64,000 bases of DNA from an uncultured Candidatus Saccharibacteria bacterium (GCA_964401135.1 CAYNXC010000002.1:16457-80456), one strand, 5' to 3'; shown: positions 52,200 through 64,000, counted from the first letter of the stretch. Notes: a model not told the origin generated them from the sequence alone. A program made the numbers and translations.

Positions 52200-53189
52200 A
52201 TGGCAGATGCTCCCCCTCCGAGTCCGCAAAATATGGACGGGTTTTGGCTCATTGCAATTCTCTCTCTCGTCTTTTTTGTGTGGGTGTCACAAGGTGGACC
52301 AACGCAATTTGAAGCAGGGAAGAACGCGACCAGCACTTGGCGTAGAGCAACGACAAATACTTCTTCACGCACAACAAAAACACCATCAAATACGAGTAGC
52401 ACAAAAGGCAGTACTACGAGTATAAAAAATTCCCCATACGCAGGGAAAGTAAGGATTACGAGTAAGGGGAGCGCCGCATCAGCAATTCAAGTCAACCAAG
52501 AGTATATTACCCTTCAAAATACAACACGAGACGAGTATATTGCTATCTCGGGATGGAAGCTCGTTAACGGTCGTGACTCACGCTACTACTCGACCAGTAG
52601 CTCTACACAACTTATCTATTACAAACCAGACTCGGTGGTGATCCCCTCTGGTACGCGCTATTTGACAGGGAAGACAAAAAACACCCTCTCCCTCATTGTG
52701 CTTGCACCAAAAGATCGCGCCCATATTGTTACGGGGAAGATGCCCAACCAATCCCCCTACGCAATCCCCTCAAGTTTTAAGTTGAACAAATGTGTCGGGT
52801 ACATTGAGGCGCTCTCTCTGTATAAATTCACTCCAGCAGTGAGTCTGCAGTGCCCTGCCCCTTCAAAAGAGACAGATATCAATAATCTAGAACAATCGTG
52901 TTACGACTATGTCCGGAGACTCTCACGCTGTCACACTCCAGAATTCAGGGTGGTGGAGGGGATTGATTATGTTGACTCAACCACAGGCCTGTCAGAATAT
53001 TGCAAGCGCTATGTGAGGGAGCGATTTTCGTACGATGGCTGTCTGACGCGATATGCAAGTGATGAAGATTTCTTGAGCCCGATATGGTATGTGTACCTTA
53101 ACTATTCACACCAACTCTGGGATGTGAATCGCGATCGGATTTTGCTCTATGATGCACAGGGTAAGCTGATTGATGAGTTAAAGTACTAA
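52200..53189 (+). CDS. Membrane-anchored protein with lamin-tail-domain (LTD)-like region and Cys-rich C-terminal domain
   Basis: TM near N-terminus; GKVRITSKGS...EYITLQNTTRDEYIAISGWKL resembles LTD; 8 Cys in C-terminal half. Confidence 0.45.
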   Translation: MADAPPPSPQNMDGFWLIAILSLVFFVWVSQGGPTQFEAGKNATSTWRRATTNTSSRTTKTPSNTSSTKGSTTSIKNSPYAGKVRITSKGSAASAIQVNQEYITLQNTTRDEYIAISGWKLVNGRDSRYYSTSSSTQLIYYKPDSVVIPSGTRYLTGKTKNTLSLIVLAPKDRAHIVTGKMPNQSPYAIPSSFKLNKCVGYIEALSLYKFTPAVSLQCPAPSKETDINNLEQSCYDYVRRLSRCHTPEFRVVEGIDYVDSTTGLSEYCKRYVRERFSYDGCLTRYASDEDFLSPIWYVYLNYSHQLWDVNRDRILLYDAQGKLIDELKY

Positions 53190-53193
53190 GGCT

Positions 53194-54489
53194 ATGAAAT
53201 ATATCTCGCTCATACTCTCCGGACTGGCACTTACAAGCGGTACAGCGGTCTTTGCAGCGACAAGTGCGATTACAACAATTGAGGTAACATCAGACGCGCA
53301 AACAGTTGCACCGAATGCTGTATCAGGAAAGATCACCGTCTCTCTCAAGAATGCAAGCGGGGAGTCAGAAAAGATAGATGAGTCATCAAATAAACTTTCT
53401 CTCATCAGCAGTTCAGCTACTGGTGAATTTTCTTCCAATGCGGATAATTGGGAAAAAATAAACGAGCTTACGGTGAATAAAAATACCGCAAGTCGCGGTT
53501 TTTATTATAAAGATGGTACTGAAGGACTTCATATACTTTCCTTTGTGCTTACTAGTGGAGAGACGGGAAAGAACTGGTCTACTACGCATAAGATTACTAT
53601 TGGGAGCGGGGGAACGGCGAGCTCAACAGGGGATGCGAGCACGACAACAGCAACTACTGCCAGTACCACCGCTACTAACAATGTAAACTCTTCTTCTGCT
53701 GGTGGATCTAGTCTCTCCTCCCACGAGAGTTCAGCAAGAGTTACAAATATACTCCTCGCGCCTCCCTTCTCCATATCAGCTGGTCGTGAGCGTTTGGGAA
53801 ATACCGGTGCACCACTCCTCTTTCATGCAGTGAGTAACATTAAAGAAATTGGAGGAGTGAACTACCGTTGGTCCTTTGGAGATGGGAGTGGTGGCACTGG
53901 AGCACTGATTTCTCATCAGTATCAATTACCCGGTCTCTATACAGTCGTGCTCATGGGTACGCGCGGTACTGAAGAAGCAGTATCTCGGACCCGTGTTCGG
54001 ATTATTACTCCTGATCTACATATCATACGCACCATGCGATCGGCTGATGGCGCACTCTCTCTTGTGGTAAAGAATCGTAGTGACTATGAGTGCAACATTG
54101 GACGATTTGCCGTACGGGCAGGATCTAGTACTGAGACATTTGCTCCCGACACCATTATCCCGGCACAGAGCGAAGTCTCTCTTGTTACGGGCGTTCCTTA
54201 CCAGAGCGGAGTACCGGTATCTCTCGTTGCACCGAATAGAGCCATACTCACGACGGAGACCAGAACAGACTCATCGTTACAGAGACTCGCAATAGCACTG
54301 AGGAGTCTCCCCCGTCAAAACATCTCTCCTCACAATCCCTCTCTCCCTCCTCAGATTCTTGTTGGCAGTACTACTTCTGTTTTTCTTCGTGCATCAGGAG
54401 AGAGTCAGCGGGCCGGGCTTATAGTGGTGCCAAAGAGTAAAGAGCGTGGATTCTTAGAGAAGTTCTGGAAACGATTGTGGGATAGGTGA
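53194..54489 (+). CDS. Secreted protein with PKD domain
   Basis: Signal peptide; NYRWSFGDGSGGTGALISHQYQLPGLYTVVLMG PKD signature. Confidence 0.6.
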   Translation: MKYISLILSGLALTSGTAVFAATSAITTIEVTSDAQTVAPNAVSGKITVSLKNASGESEKIDESSNKLSLISSSATGEFSSNADNWEKINELTVNKNTASRGFYYKDGTEGLHILSFVLTSGETGKNWSTTHKITIGSGGTASSTGDASTTTATTASTTATNNVNSSSAGGSSLSSHESSARVTNILLAPPFSISAGRERLGNTGAPLLFHAVSNIKEIGGVNYRWSFGDGSGGTGALISHQYQLPGLYTVVLMGTRGTEEAVSRTRVRIITPDLHIIRTMRSADGALSLVVKNRSDYECNIGRFAVRAGSSTETFAPDTIIPAQSEVSLVTGVPYQSGVPVSLVAPNRAILTTETRTDSSLQRLAIALRSLPRQNISPHNPSLPPQILVGSTTSVFLRASGESQRAGLIVVPKSKERGFLEKFWKRLWDR

Positions 54490-54723
54490 TATACTACAGG
54501 CACTATGCGTTATTTTAATGGGACTTTCTGGAAAATGTTTGCCGGATTTCTCTGTATTATTCTTCTCGGTGTTGTGGGGGTACTACTCTTGGGCTCTGCA
54601 TCCAAGGACGCCCCGCAAGAGGGCTTTACAACGAGTATTGGATAGGATATATTCTTTAGGAACCGGAGACAGTAGGCATTCAAGTCCTACCGAGGGGTCG
54701 AACGGTTTTTAGTAGCCGTTTTT

Positions 54724-55230
54724 TTGTTCAATAGTATGGCAATTAGTAGAGAGAAAAAGAAAGAAATTCTTGGAAGATTACAACGAGTGATACGCGATTC
54801 AGCCTCTCTCGTCTTTGTGAACTTCCATGGCTTACACTCAAAAGACACAGCACTGTTACGGAAAGGACTCCGAGAGAAAGGTGTGTCGTATACAGTTGCG
54901 AAAAAGACACTGATAAAAAAAGCACTTGAAGATACTCGGGAAGCAGGTGCTCTCCCTGAACTCGGCGGTGAGGTAGGTATCGCCTACGGGGATGATGCTC
55001 TTGCACCTGCTCGAGAGATATGGCAGTTCTCAAAGACGCGCAAGGATGCACTCCGTATTCTTGGCGGCCTCTTCGAGGGTTCTTTTCGAGATGCGGGTAG
55101 TATGATAGAGATTGCGAGTATCCCTGGTAAGGAGATTCTGTACGGGAAGCTTGCCTTCTTAATCCAGTCGCCACTGACAAGATTAGTGGTAGCTCTTGAT
55201 CAGATTGCACAGAAAAAAGATAATAATTAA
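54724..55230 (+). CDS. rplJ: 50S ribosomal protein L10
   Basis: [15 protein letters not shown]... typical L10; followed by rplL. Confidence 0.85.
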   Translation: MFNSMAISREKKKEILGRLQRVIRDSASLVFVNFHGLHSKDTALLRKGLREKGVSYTVAKKTLIKKALEDTREAGALPELGGEVGIAYGDDALAPAREIWQFSKTRKDALRILGGLFEGSFRDAGSMIEIASIPGKEILYGKLAFLIQSPLTRLVVALDQIAQKKDNN

Positions 55231-55235
55231 TCACT

Positions 55236-55613
55236 ATGGCAGACGAAAAATTCAAGGATATCATTGAAAAGATAGAGTCACTCTCCGTACTTGACCTGCA
55301 TGAATTGGTCAAGGCGTTGGAGGAGAAGTTTGGTGTGTCAGCAGCTGCTGTCGCGGTAGCCGCACCAGGAGCAGGAGCCGCAGGAGCTGAGGCTGAGGCA
55401 AAGGACTCGTTCACTGTTGAGCTGACTTCAGCGGGTGATAACAAGATTGGGGTGATCAAGGCATTAAAAGAGGCTCTTGGTCTAGGACTGAAAGAGGCAA
55501 AGGATCTTGCAGAAGGTGCCCCTGCCGTCTTAAAGGAGGGAGTGAAGAAGGAGGATGCCGATGCGCTCAAGAAAGCTCTTGAAGATGCCGGCGGAAAGGT
55601 AACACTGAAATAG
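55236..55613 (+). CDS. rplL: 50S ribosomal protein L7/L12
   Basis: N-terminal dimerisation helix, Ala-rich hinge, C-terminal domain [20 protein letters not shown]. Confidence 0.9.
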   Translation: MADEKFKDIIEKIESLSVLDLHELVKALEEKFGVSAAAVAVAAPGAGAAGAEAEAKDSFTVELTSAGDNKIGVIKALKEALGLGLKEAKDLAEGAPAVLKEGVKKEDADALKKALEDAGGKVTLK

Positions 55614-55632
55614 CCCATATACTATAATTTCC

Positions 55633-55691
55633 GAAGTCGGACTTCCGCCTCCGGGAGGTGGTCCGACTTTGTTCGTATTCTTTGATTTTTT
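55633..55691 (+). terminator. Rho-independent terminator after rplL
   Basis: gaagtcggac-ttccgcctccgggaggtg-gtccgacttt followed by T-rich tract. Confidence 0.6.
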
Positions 55692-56326
55692 ACTACCTCG
55701 GGTGTAGGATGGCTCTAATGGAAATACTGCCAAAGCTCTTCGGCCCTGTCCGGCTTAAGGTGCTCCGATTCTTTCTCCAGCATCAAGATGGCCTCTATGA
55801 GGATAAAGATATTGCCAAGCGCCTCAAGGTCTCTGTTCCTGCTCTTCGAAAAGAGTTGAAGTTGCTTGAGAGTGTCGGTCTTATTAAGCACAAGTTAGCC
55901 CATGCCCCCGTCACTTCTACCCGTGGAGGGCGGCGCACTTTTAATGGATGGTTCCTCCAGCGCATTTCTGTTATCGGGCCACTGAAAAAATTCATATTCA
56001 ATTCCGTCCCGTTTAAGAATGATGAAGTGGTAAAGCGCCTACGAGGGGTTGGCAAGATTAAATTGTTAATCGTATCAGGCGTCTTTATTCAAGCAGACAT
56101 GACACCTGCTGATATTCTGATTGTGGGAGATAATTTACGACGGGGAGTAGCAGACGGCGCCCTTCGTACAATGGAAGCAGAAATTGGTCGGGAGCTCAAT
56201 TACGCATTATTTGAAACACACGATTTTCTCTACCGTCTTGAGGCCTACGATAAATTCATTCGAGAAATATTTGAAGGACCGCATATAAAGATCATTGATC
56301 GCCTGGGATTGAAAGAGCAAGAATAA
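55658..56326 (+). CDS. Hypothetical protein with N-terminal wHTH-like region (start probably ATG ~55709)
   Basis: LKVLRFFLQHQDGLYEDKDIAKRLKVSVPALRKELKLLESVGLI resembles ArsR/MarR-type HTH. Confidence 0.4.
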   Translation: MVRLCSYSLIFYYLGCRMALMEILPKLFGPVRLKVLRFFLQHQDGLYEDKDIAKRLKVSVPALRKELKLLESVGLIKHKLAHAPVTSTRGGRRTFNGWFLQRISVIGPLKKFIFNSVPFKNDEVVKRLRGVGKIKLLIVSGVFIQADMTPADILIVGDNLRRGVADGALRTMEAEIGRELNYALFETHDFLYRLEAYDKFIREIFEGPHIKIIDRLGLKEQE

Positions 56327-56440
56327 GTAAACGGTTATCCACAACTATAGATACTAGGGAAGCACAACATCCGCGCTGGAGTGTTATCATAGAGGTTGGT
56401 CATCAAAAGCATTTTATCAGTAGTATAATTCTTTGTATCT

Positions 56441-57199
56441 ATGTACGATTCTATCACGGCAGCTGTCGCAACAACGGCACCTCAAGTGGTGGGTACGACC
56501 GGAGCTTTTTCAATTCTCTCTGACTCCGGGGCGGCACTCACCTCATCGTTTGAGAAAATCGCGGCTGGTATTTATATCTTCGCACCTCGTATCATTATCG
56601 CAATCCTTATCCTTGTTCTTGGATGGGTCATTGGTGCATTCTTGGAGCGAGCAGTGAGGGAAGTGCTACGCTCACTCAAGATGGATCGCGCTCTCGCTAA
56701 TGTGGGGGTTGACGAGCTCGTCTCTCACACCGGAATGCAGCTCAATAGCGGCTCTTTCATCGGTGGGCTCATCAAGTGGTTTATCATCGCGGTCTTTCTC
56801 GTTGCTGCGGTTAATGTGCTTGGCTTGGTTGATCTCAATGTCTTTTTGAATGTCATTGTGCTCTCCTTCCTTCCAAACATCATTGTCTCCGCGCTCGTCT
56901 TAATGGTTGCCGCGATACTCTCTGATGCAGTGCAGCGCCTTGTATACTTTTCTGCAAAGGGGACGGGAGTAAAGTCAGCACACCTCTTAGGGCTCATCGC
57001 AAAGTGGTCAATCTGGATCTTTGCTCTCTTGGTAGTGATGAATCAACTCAATATCGGAGCAGAGTTTGCTCAAATCCTCTTCACTGGGATCATCTTTATG
57101 GTAGCGCTCGCAGGAGGTCTTGCCTTTGGTCTTGGAGGACGGGATTGGGCAGCAGGCATCTTGGAGCGGGTTACTGATGATTTGGGTGGCAAAAAGTAG
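56441..57199 (+). CDS. Membrane protein with repeated conserved TM-helix motifs (MscS N-terminal-like TM_helix repeats)
   Basis: Four hydrophobic helices each followed by charged loops; repeat-like internal similarity. Confidence 0.45.
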   Translation: MYDSITAAVATTAPQVVGTTGAFSILSDSGAALTSSFEKIAAGIYIFAPRIIIAILILVLGWVIGAFLERAVREVLRSLKMDRALANVGVDELVSHTGMQLNSGSFIGGLIKWFIIAVFLVAAVNVLGLVDLNVFLNVIVLSFLPNIIVSALVLMVAAILSDAVQRLVYFSAKGTGVKSAHLLGLIAKWSIWIFALLVVMNQLNIGAEFAQILFTGIIFMVALAGGLAFGLGGRDWAAGILERVTDDLGGKK

Positions 57200-57247
57200 T
57201 ATTCTCTAGATGTAAGAATGGTGTCAATGAAGCCCTTTTTGGGCAGG

Positions 57248-57275
57248 TTGACACCATTTTTTGTTAGTATATAAT
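57248..57275 (+). promoter_or_regulatory. Sigma70 consensus promoter TTGACA-16-TATAAT upstream of 23S rRNA; -35 lies in a 9-bp-arm inverted repeat
   Basis: ttgacaccattttttgttagtatataat; tggtgtcaa...ttgacacca palindrome. Confidence 0.5.
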
Positions 57276-57485
57276 GGCCTCAATGTCTATAGGGTATCAA
57301 CTAATGTTCAAACGGCGATGAGCTAGAGGGATATGTCTGGTGCTCGAGAGCCGCTTGAACGAAGCGGATTTTTTTACCCCAGCGACAGAAGACTTTCTTT
57401 GAAAACTGAATAGCAGGTAACATCTGTAAAGAGAATTAGAATTGTAAGAGAAAGATGATGTAAAGATTTCCTAATAGGAAATGGC

Positions 57486-60474
<2,989 letters not shown>

Positions 60475-60529
60475 TAGGAAACCTCTACATCATTTATCGT
60501 TCTCTTCACTCTGATCTTCTGTATTTTGT

Positions 60530-60635
60530 TCTGGTGGTTTGGTGGAGGGGTCACACCCGGCTCCATTCCGAACCCGGCAGTTAAGCCCTCTAGCGCCGAT
60601 GATACTCGTAAGGGGAAAGTAGGTGACCGCCAGAA
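60530..60635 (+). rRNA. rrf: 5S ribosomal RNA
   Basis: TCTGGTGGT...CCGAACCCGGCAGTTAAGCCCTCTAGCGCCGATG...GACCGCCAGA with helix I pairing. Confidence 0.75.
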
Positions 60636-60668
60636 CAAAGTTCAGAAGATCTGCTATACTTATATAAT

Positions 60669-61436
60669 ATGGATCCATGGGCACGCAGGCGACAGACCAT
60701 AGTCCTAGGTATAGTTACATTTGTTGCACTCGGTATTGCCGTTGGTGCGTATTTTTTGTACCGCCCAGCTCCCTCGTGTAGTGATGGCATACAGAATCAG
60801 GGTGAGCTTGGCAGAGACTGTGGTGGTCCCTGTGCTCCTGTGTGCCAAGGAGAGGCGCGCCCTTTGGTTGTTGAATGGGTGAGAGTTTTCCCCGTAAGCA
60901 GTGGTCTCTATGATATAGTTGCACGGGTGAGTAATCCAAACGAGGCGATTGGCACACCTACATTCTCATACACATTTGAGCTATTTGATAGTGAAAATCT
61001 TTCTATTACCAGAAAAATGGGTACGACATTCGTCAATCCAAACGAGTCGTTCTATATCTTTGAGAGTCTTATCTCTGCGGGGGCTCGCATCCCCGCGCGG
61101 GCAGTGCTCACCATCGATACTACACACGCATGGTCTCGCTATACCGATACCGTCCCCAAGCTCTCTATTGTAAATAAGCAGTATGTAGATGTTCCTGCGC
61201 CACTTGCATCCGCAACGCTCATCAATAATACGCTCAAGACATTGACCAATATCCGCGCGCTAGTAGTCCTATTTAACGAGGATGGGATTGCCTACGGTGC
61301 CAGTGCTACGATGGTGAAGACTTTAGCAAAAGATGCACAAGAACCTCTCTCGTTCACCTGGCCATCCTCTTTCGGCATCGATCCTGCACGAGTAGATATG
61401 CAGTCTCGTGTTTCTGTCTGGGGTGATCTGCTGTAG
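60669..61436 (+). CDS. Hypothetical membrane-anchored protein
   Basis: N-terminal TM, Cys-containing segment then ~200-aa beta-rich domain. Confidence 0.4.
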   Translation: MDPWARRRQTIVLGIVTFVALGIAVGAYFLYRPAPSCSDGIQNQGELGRDCGGPCAPVCQGEARPLVVEWVRVFPVSSGLYDIVARVSNPNEAIGTPTFSYTFELFDSENLSITRKMGTTFVNPNESFYIFESLISAGARIPARAVLTIDTTHAWSRYTDTVPKLSIVNKQYVDVPAPLASATLINNTLKTLTNIRALVVLFNEDGIAYGASATMVKTLAKDAQEPLSFTWPSSFGIDPARVDMQSRVSVWGDLL

Positions 61437-61438
61437 TT

Positions 61439-62575
61439 GTGACGACTCTGACACAATTTTTTGGGCGCGTACGCATTGATTGGGTCCTCTTCTGCGCCGT
61501 GCTCCCGCTCCTTGCCGCTGGGCTGGTAACAATGGAGTCGTTTGAGAGTGGAGCGGATTACTTTTTTGTGCGGCAATTAGTGTGGGTACTCATTTCAGTC
61601 GCAACATTCCTTTTCGTGAGTGCGGTAGACTGGCGTTTTTTGAAGCGCAGCGGCGTGTTGACAGGACTATTTATTGCGATGGCGCTTGTGCTCCTTGCCC
61701 TTTTTGGCCTGGCGCACACGGTGCGTGGCGTGCAGAGTTGGCTCATCTTTGGCGGGGTCTCTTTTCAACCGGCTGATTTTGCGAAGCTTATCTTAATTAT
61801 CCTTCTCGCAAAATATTTTTCTCGTCGACATATTGAGATCGCCAATGTCCGCCATATCCTAGTCTCTGGTGTGTACGCATTTATCTTTTTTATACTCGTC
61901 TTTCTTCAGCCAGATTTTGGCTCTGCGATGATTATTTTTGCCATCTGGTTGGGTATGGTACTGGTGTCGGGGATTAGTAAACGGCACTTACTTATTGTGT
62001 TTCTGATTGGAGTGGCGACATTTCTCTTCGCGTGGACGAGCGTTTTGGAGGATTATCAAAAGGCGCGTATAGAAACTTTCTTAGACCCACTCTCCGATAT
62101 CCGCGGCTCCGGCTACAATGTGTACCAGAGTATGATTGCCGTTGGGTCGGGTCAGCTGGTGGGAAAGGGAGTTGGACTGGGAACACAATCTCGACTCAAG
62201 TTCTTGCCAGAGTACCAGACTGATTTTATTTTTGCAGCCTTTGCCGAGGAGTGGGGCTTTGTAGGGGTAATTATCCTTTTCTTACTCTACGGTATTGCCT
62301 TCTGGAGAATTATTGTGACTGCGCGACAGGGAGCGACTAATTTTGAGTCGTTCTATGGACTGGGTATCGCCATAATGTTTTTGAGTCACTTTGTGATCCA
62401 TGTGGGGATGAACATAGGACTCCTGCCTGTCACGGGCTTGCCGCTCCCCTTTATGAGCTACGGCGGGTCACACCTTCTGATGGAGTTTGTTGCTCTTGGT
62501 ATCCTTATGAGTCAGCGCCGCTACACGCGTGCCTTTCACCGCGACGACATGCAGAATGAGTTTGTGGGGGTATAA
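61439..62575 (+). CDS. ftsW: SEDS-family peptidoglycan glycosyltransferase FtsW/RodA (GTG start)
   Basis: 10 TMs; conserved loop VGSGQLVGKG...QSRLKFLPE...DFIFAAFAEEWGF. Confidence 0.8.
   Translation: MTTLTQFFGRVRIDWVLFCAVLPLLAAGLVTMESFESGADYFFVRQLVWVLISVATFLFVSAVDWRFLKRSGVLTGLFIAMALVLLALFGLAHTVRGVQSWLIFGGVSFQPADFAKLILIILLAKYFSRRHIEIANVRHILVSGVYAFIFFILVFLQPDFGSAMIIFAIWLGMVLVSGISKRHLLIVFLIGVATFLFAWTSVLEDYQKARIETFLDPLSDIRGSGYNVYQSMIAVGSGQLVGKGVGLGTQSRLKFLPEYQTDFIFAAFAEEWGFVGVIILFLLYGIAFWRIIVTARQGATNFESFYGLGIAIMFLSHFVIHVGMNIGLLPVTGLPLPFMSYGGSHLLMEFVALGILMSQRRYTRAFHRDDMQNEFVGV
62524..62575. repeat. ~52-bp direct repeat, copy A (3' end of ftsW); copy B at 63331..63382
   Basis: cacgcgtgcctttcaccgcgacgacatgcagaatgagtttgtgggggtataa vs cacgcgggccttccaccgcgacgacatgcagaatgagtttgtaggggtgtga (~47/52). 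Confidence 0.7.
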
Positions 62576-62592
62576 ATAAAATATGGCTTAAC

Positions 62593-62613
62593 TATGGAGG
62601 TGAGACTTCCATC
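62593..62613. repeat. REP-like palindrome, degenerate, inverted orientation (overlaps RAYT stop codon)
   Basis: tatggaggtgagacttccatc (19/21 to revcomp of the REP consensus). Confidence 0.6.
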
Positions 62614-63262
62614 AATCAATGGATAACTCGTTATGACTCGAGTCTTCGCGTTCTTGTGCAAGCCAATCGAGAGTCTCTTGATAAAATCGTTCAGGCGTCT
62701 CAAACCATTGAGAAAGAAAGGATGTATCAACAACTTTTATACGACCATTATCATATGCACCGTCCTTCTTAGATAAATAATCTTGGAAACTTGACCAAGG
62801 GTAGGTGATAATGGAAGTCTCACTTCCATCAAAAGGATTACTATGAATGTAATGAGGGAGCCAATTAAAGTGCTCGTCAGAGATCACTGGCTTAGACTTG
62901 AACCTCCCTTGGAAAAGTGCACCGACTCGACTGTATCTCAAGTTAAAATAATTAGTATAACCAGTGCCAAGTTTTCTCATAAACTTAGTAAGCCCATATT
63001 CAACTCGTTGCCGTATCATAAGGTGGTAATGATTTGGCATTAAGCAATAAGCCATCAGCTCAACTAGTTGCCCATCCAATTCATGGCTAAGTGATGGAAG
63101 TCTCACTTCCATCAGACGGTGTGCGTTTGGATCAGTTGCTTCGGTAGAGTTAAAAAGTATTAAGGATGCAATAAAACGAGATCGATCGGCATCATCTAAA
63201 AATATGTCTCTTTTTTCAACCCCTCTATTATAGATATGAAAAATTGTGTCTGTATCATCCAT
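62612..63262 (-). CDS. REP-associated tyrosine transposase (RAYT; IS200/Y1-like transposase_17 family)
   Basis: HuH motif YCLMPNHYHLMI, catalytic Tyr region (RVGALFQGRF), YPWSS motif; 216 aa. Confidence 0.8.
   Translation of the reverse strand: MDDTDTIFHIYNRGVEKRDIFLDDADRSRFIASLILFNSTEATDPNAHRLMEVRLPSLSHELDGQLVELMAYCLMPNHYHLMIRQRVEYGLTKFMRKLGTGYTNYFNLRYSRVGALFQGRFKSKPVISDEHFNWLPHYIHSNPFDGSETSIITYPWSSFQDYLSKKDGAYDNGRIKVVDTSFLSQWFETPERFYQETLDWLAQEREDSSHNELSID
62810..62830. repeat. REP palindrome copy inside RAYT coding sequence
   Basis: aatggaagtctcacttccatc (20/21); translated on minus strand as DGSETSI. Confidence 0.65.
63093..63113. repeat. REP palindrome copy inside RAYT coding sequence (perfect)
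   Basis: gatggaagtctcacttccatc; translated on minus strand in another frame as LMEVRLPS. Confidence 0.7.
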
Positions 63263-63276
63263 GCGTCTCTATTATT

Positions 63277-63297
63277 GATGGAAGTCTCACTTCCATC
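63277..63297. repeat. REP palindrome copy ~15 nt upstream of RAYT start codon (perfect)
   Basis: gatggaagtctcacttccatc. Confidence 0.7.
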
Positions 63298-63330
63298 AGA
63301 GTGAGGTGAATAGGATAGATGATGCTGCCA

Positions 63331-63382
63331 CACGCGGGCCTTCCACCGCGACGACATGCAGAATGAGTTTGTAGGGGTGTGA
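63331..63382. repeat. ~52-bp direct repeat, copy B (duplicate of ftsW 3' end) between RAYT and the convergent pilin gene
   Basis: See 62524..62575. Confidence 0.7.
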
Positions 63383-63388
63383 TCAGGA

Positions 63389-63982
63389 TTACTTGCAGGG
63401 CATACCCCAGGTGACTGTTCTATCCTTAGCATTTGTGGATGAGTTATCTTCTGGATTATAATCATACTTCTTACCATCACAGAGAATCACCCCATCAGAC
63501 CCTTCAGACGGGTTTATCATCTTTTCTAGTTTAAATACAATCATATAACATGCGCCGTTTGGACAATAGTTACCCGATGAGTATTGTGAATAATATGCGT
63601 AGATAAAATTATTACCCGTATCATTAGTAGGAGGATTCTTACTAGAGACAGCTGTATTTATTGGATCAGTAGGAAGTTTCGGAAGATATTTTGACAAATT
63701 ACTCTGCAATGAGTCCCATTCTGCAGGCACATTGCTTTTCAGCCAGCCGCTGCTGATGGTAACATGTGGATAATGCCCATTATCAGCACGATATAATTCT
63801 AACGCATTCATTATCTGTCTCACCTCCTGAAGTCTTTTTGTATCCCTCGCCTTCTTTCTCGCATCATCCACACTCACCAATACAATAGACGAAAGTACCC
63901 CAATGATGCCAATCACGACCAAGAGTTCTATGAGGGTAAAACCCGTCTTACGGGACGGGCCCCATACATTTACATGCGCCAT
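63389..63982 (-). CDS. Type IV pilin (class III signal RKTG|FTLIELLVVIGIIGVL), likely major pilin
   Basis: Prepilin N-terminus, C-terminal Cys pair (CPNGAC ... C...C). Confidence 0.75.
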   Translation of the reverse strand: MAHVNVWGPSRKTGFTLIELLVVIGIIGVLSSIVLVSVDDARKKARDTKRLQEVRQIMNALELYRADNGHYPHVTISSGWLKSNVPAEWDSLQSNLSKYLPKLPTDPINTAVSSKNPPTNDTGNNFIYAYYSQYSSGNYCPNGACYMIVFKLEKMINPSEGSDGVILCDGKKYDYNPEDNSSTNAKDRTVTWGMPCK

Positions 63983-64000
63983 ATGATGATGATAGAGAGA

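Noticed and set aside
57301-57320. Leader copy of caaacggcgatga resembling the 23S 5' segment caaaacggcgatgaagg
   Set aside because: Too short to distinguish from chance. Not needed to explain the processing stem, which is formed by CCTAATAGGA/TCCTATTAGG.
60653-60671. TATACT/TATAAT boxes abutting the ATG at 60669, which would imply a leaderless mRNA
   Set aside because: Spacing to any -35 element is unclear. A TATA-rich sequence right after 5S rRNA could be coincidental.

Overview
This window looks like a small, gene-dense bacterial genome of Patescibacteria/CPR-like character; that taxonomic call is an inference from gene content. Supporting signs are the many type IV pilin-like genes, compact operons, a 23S-5S rRNA pair with no adjacent 16S, and large secreted repeat proteins.

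The backbone genes I can support are:
- pilD and a cluster of minor pilins
- ligA, gatC and gatA
- five tRNAs (fMet, Met, Asp, Thr-GGU, Thr-CGU)
- a shortened prfB, then ftsE, ftsX and pyrG
- tRNA-Gln and nth
- a UvrD-like helicase fused to a nuclease domain
- an MFS transporter, rnj, an OppA-like binding protein and secG
- groES/groL, a lemA-DUF2207 pair and htpX
- efp, an ECF-like sigma factor, recA and ftsK
- rplJ/rplL, 23S and 5S rRNA, and ftsW

Two accessory regions stand out.
1. Downstream of tRNA-Ser(GGA), about 32.5-43.2 kb, is a defence/mobility island.
- It begins with a DUF4238 protein, a large serine recombinase and an XRE regulator.
- A palindrome-rich divergent promoter carries a G10 homopolymer.
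- A roughly 3-kb IS1595-family composite element follows. It has 26-bp imperfect terminal inverted repeats and a perfect 8-bp TTATTTAA target duplication.
- The element carries a Dam-like MTase, a small PD-(D/E)xK nuclease and an unknown gene.
- It has precisely split a gene of about 1170 aa encoding a DUF2341-LamG-Fn3-PGBD surface protein.
- Two tandem paralogous small phage-like genes lie after it.

2. At 62.58-63.38 kb a RAYT (REP-associated tyrosine transposase) sits between ftsW and a convergent pilin gene.
- Four copies of a 21-bp palindrome GATGGAAGTCTCACTTCCATC are present, two of them translated in-frame inside the RAYT.
- The whole cassette is bracketed by an approximately 52-bp direct duplication of the ftsW 3' end.

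My hand-derived coordinates may be off by 1-2 nt; CDS ends follow the supplied ORF track.
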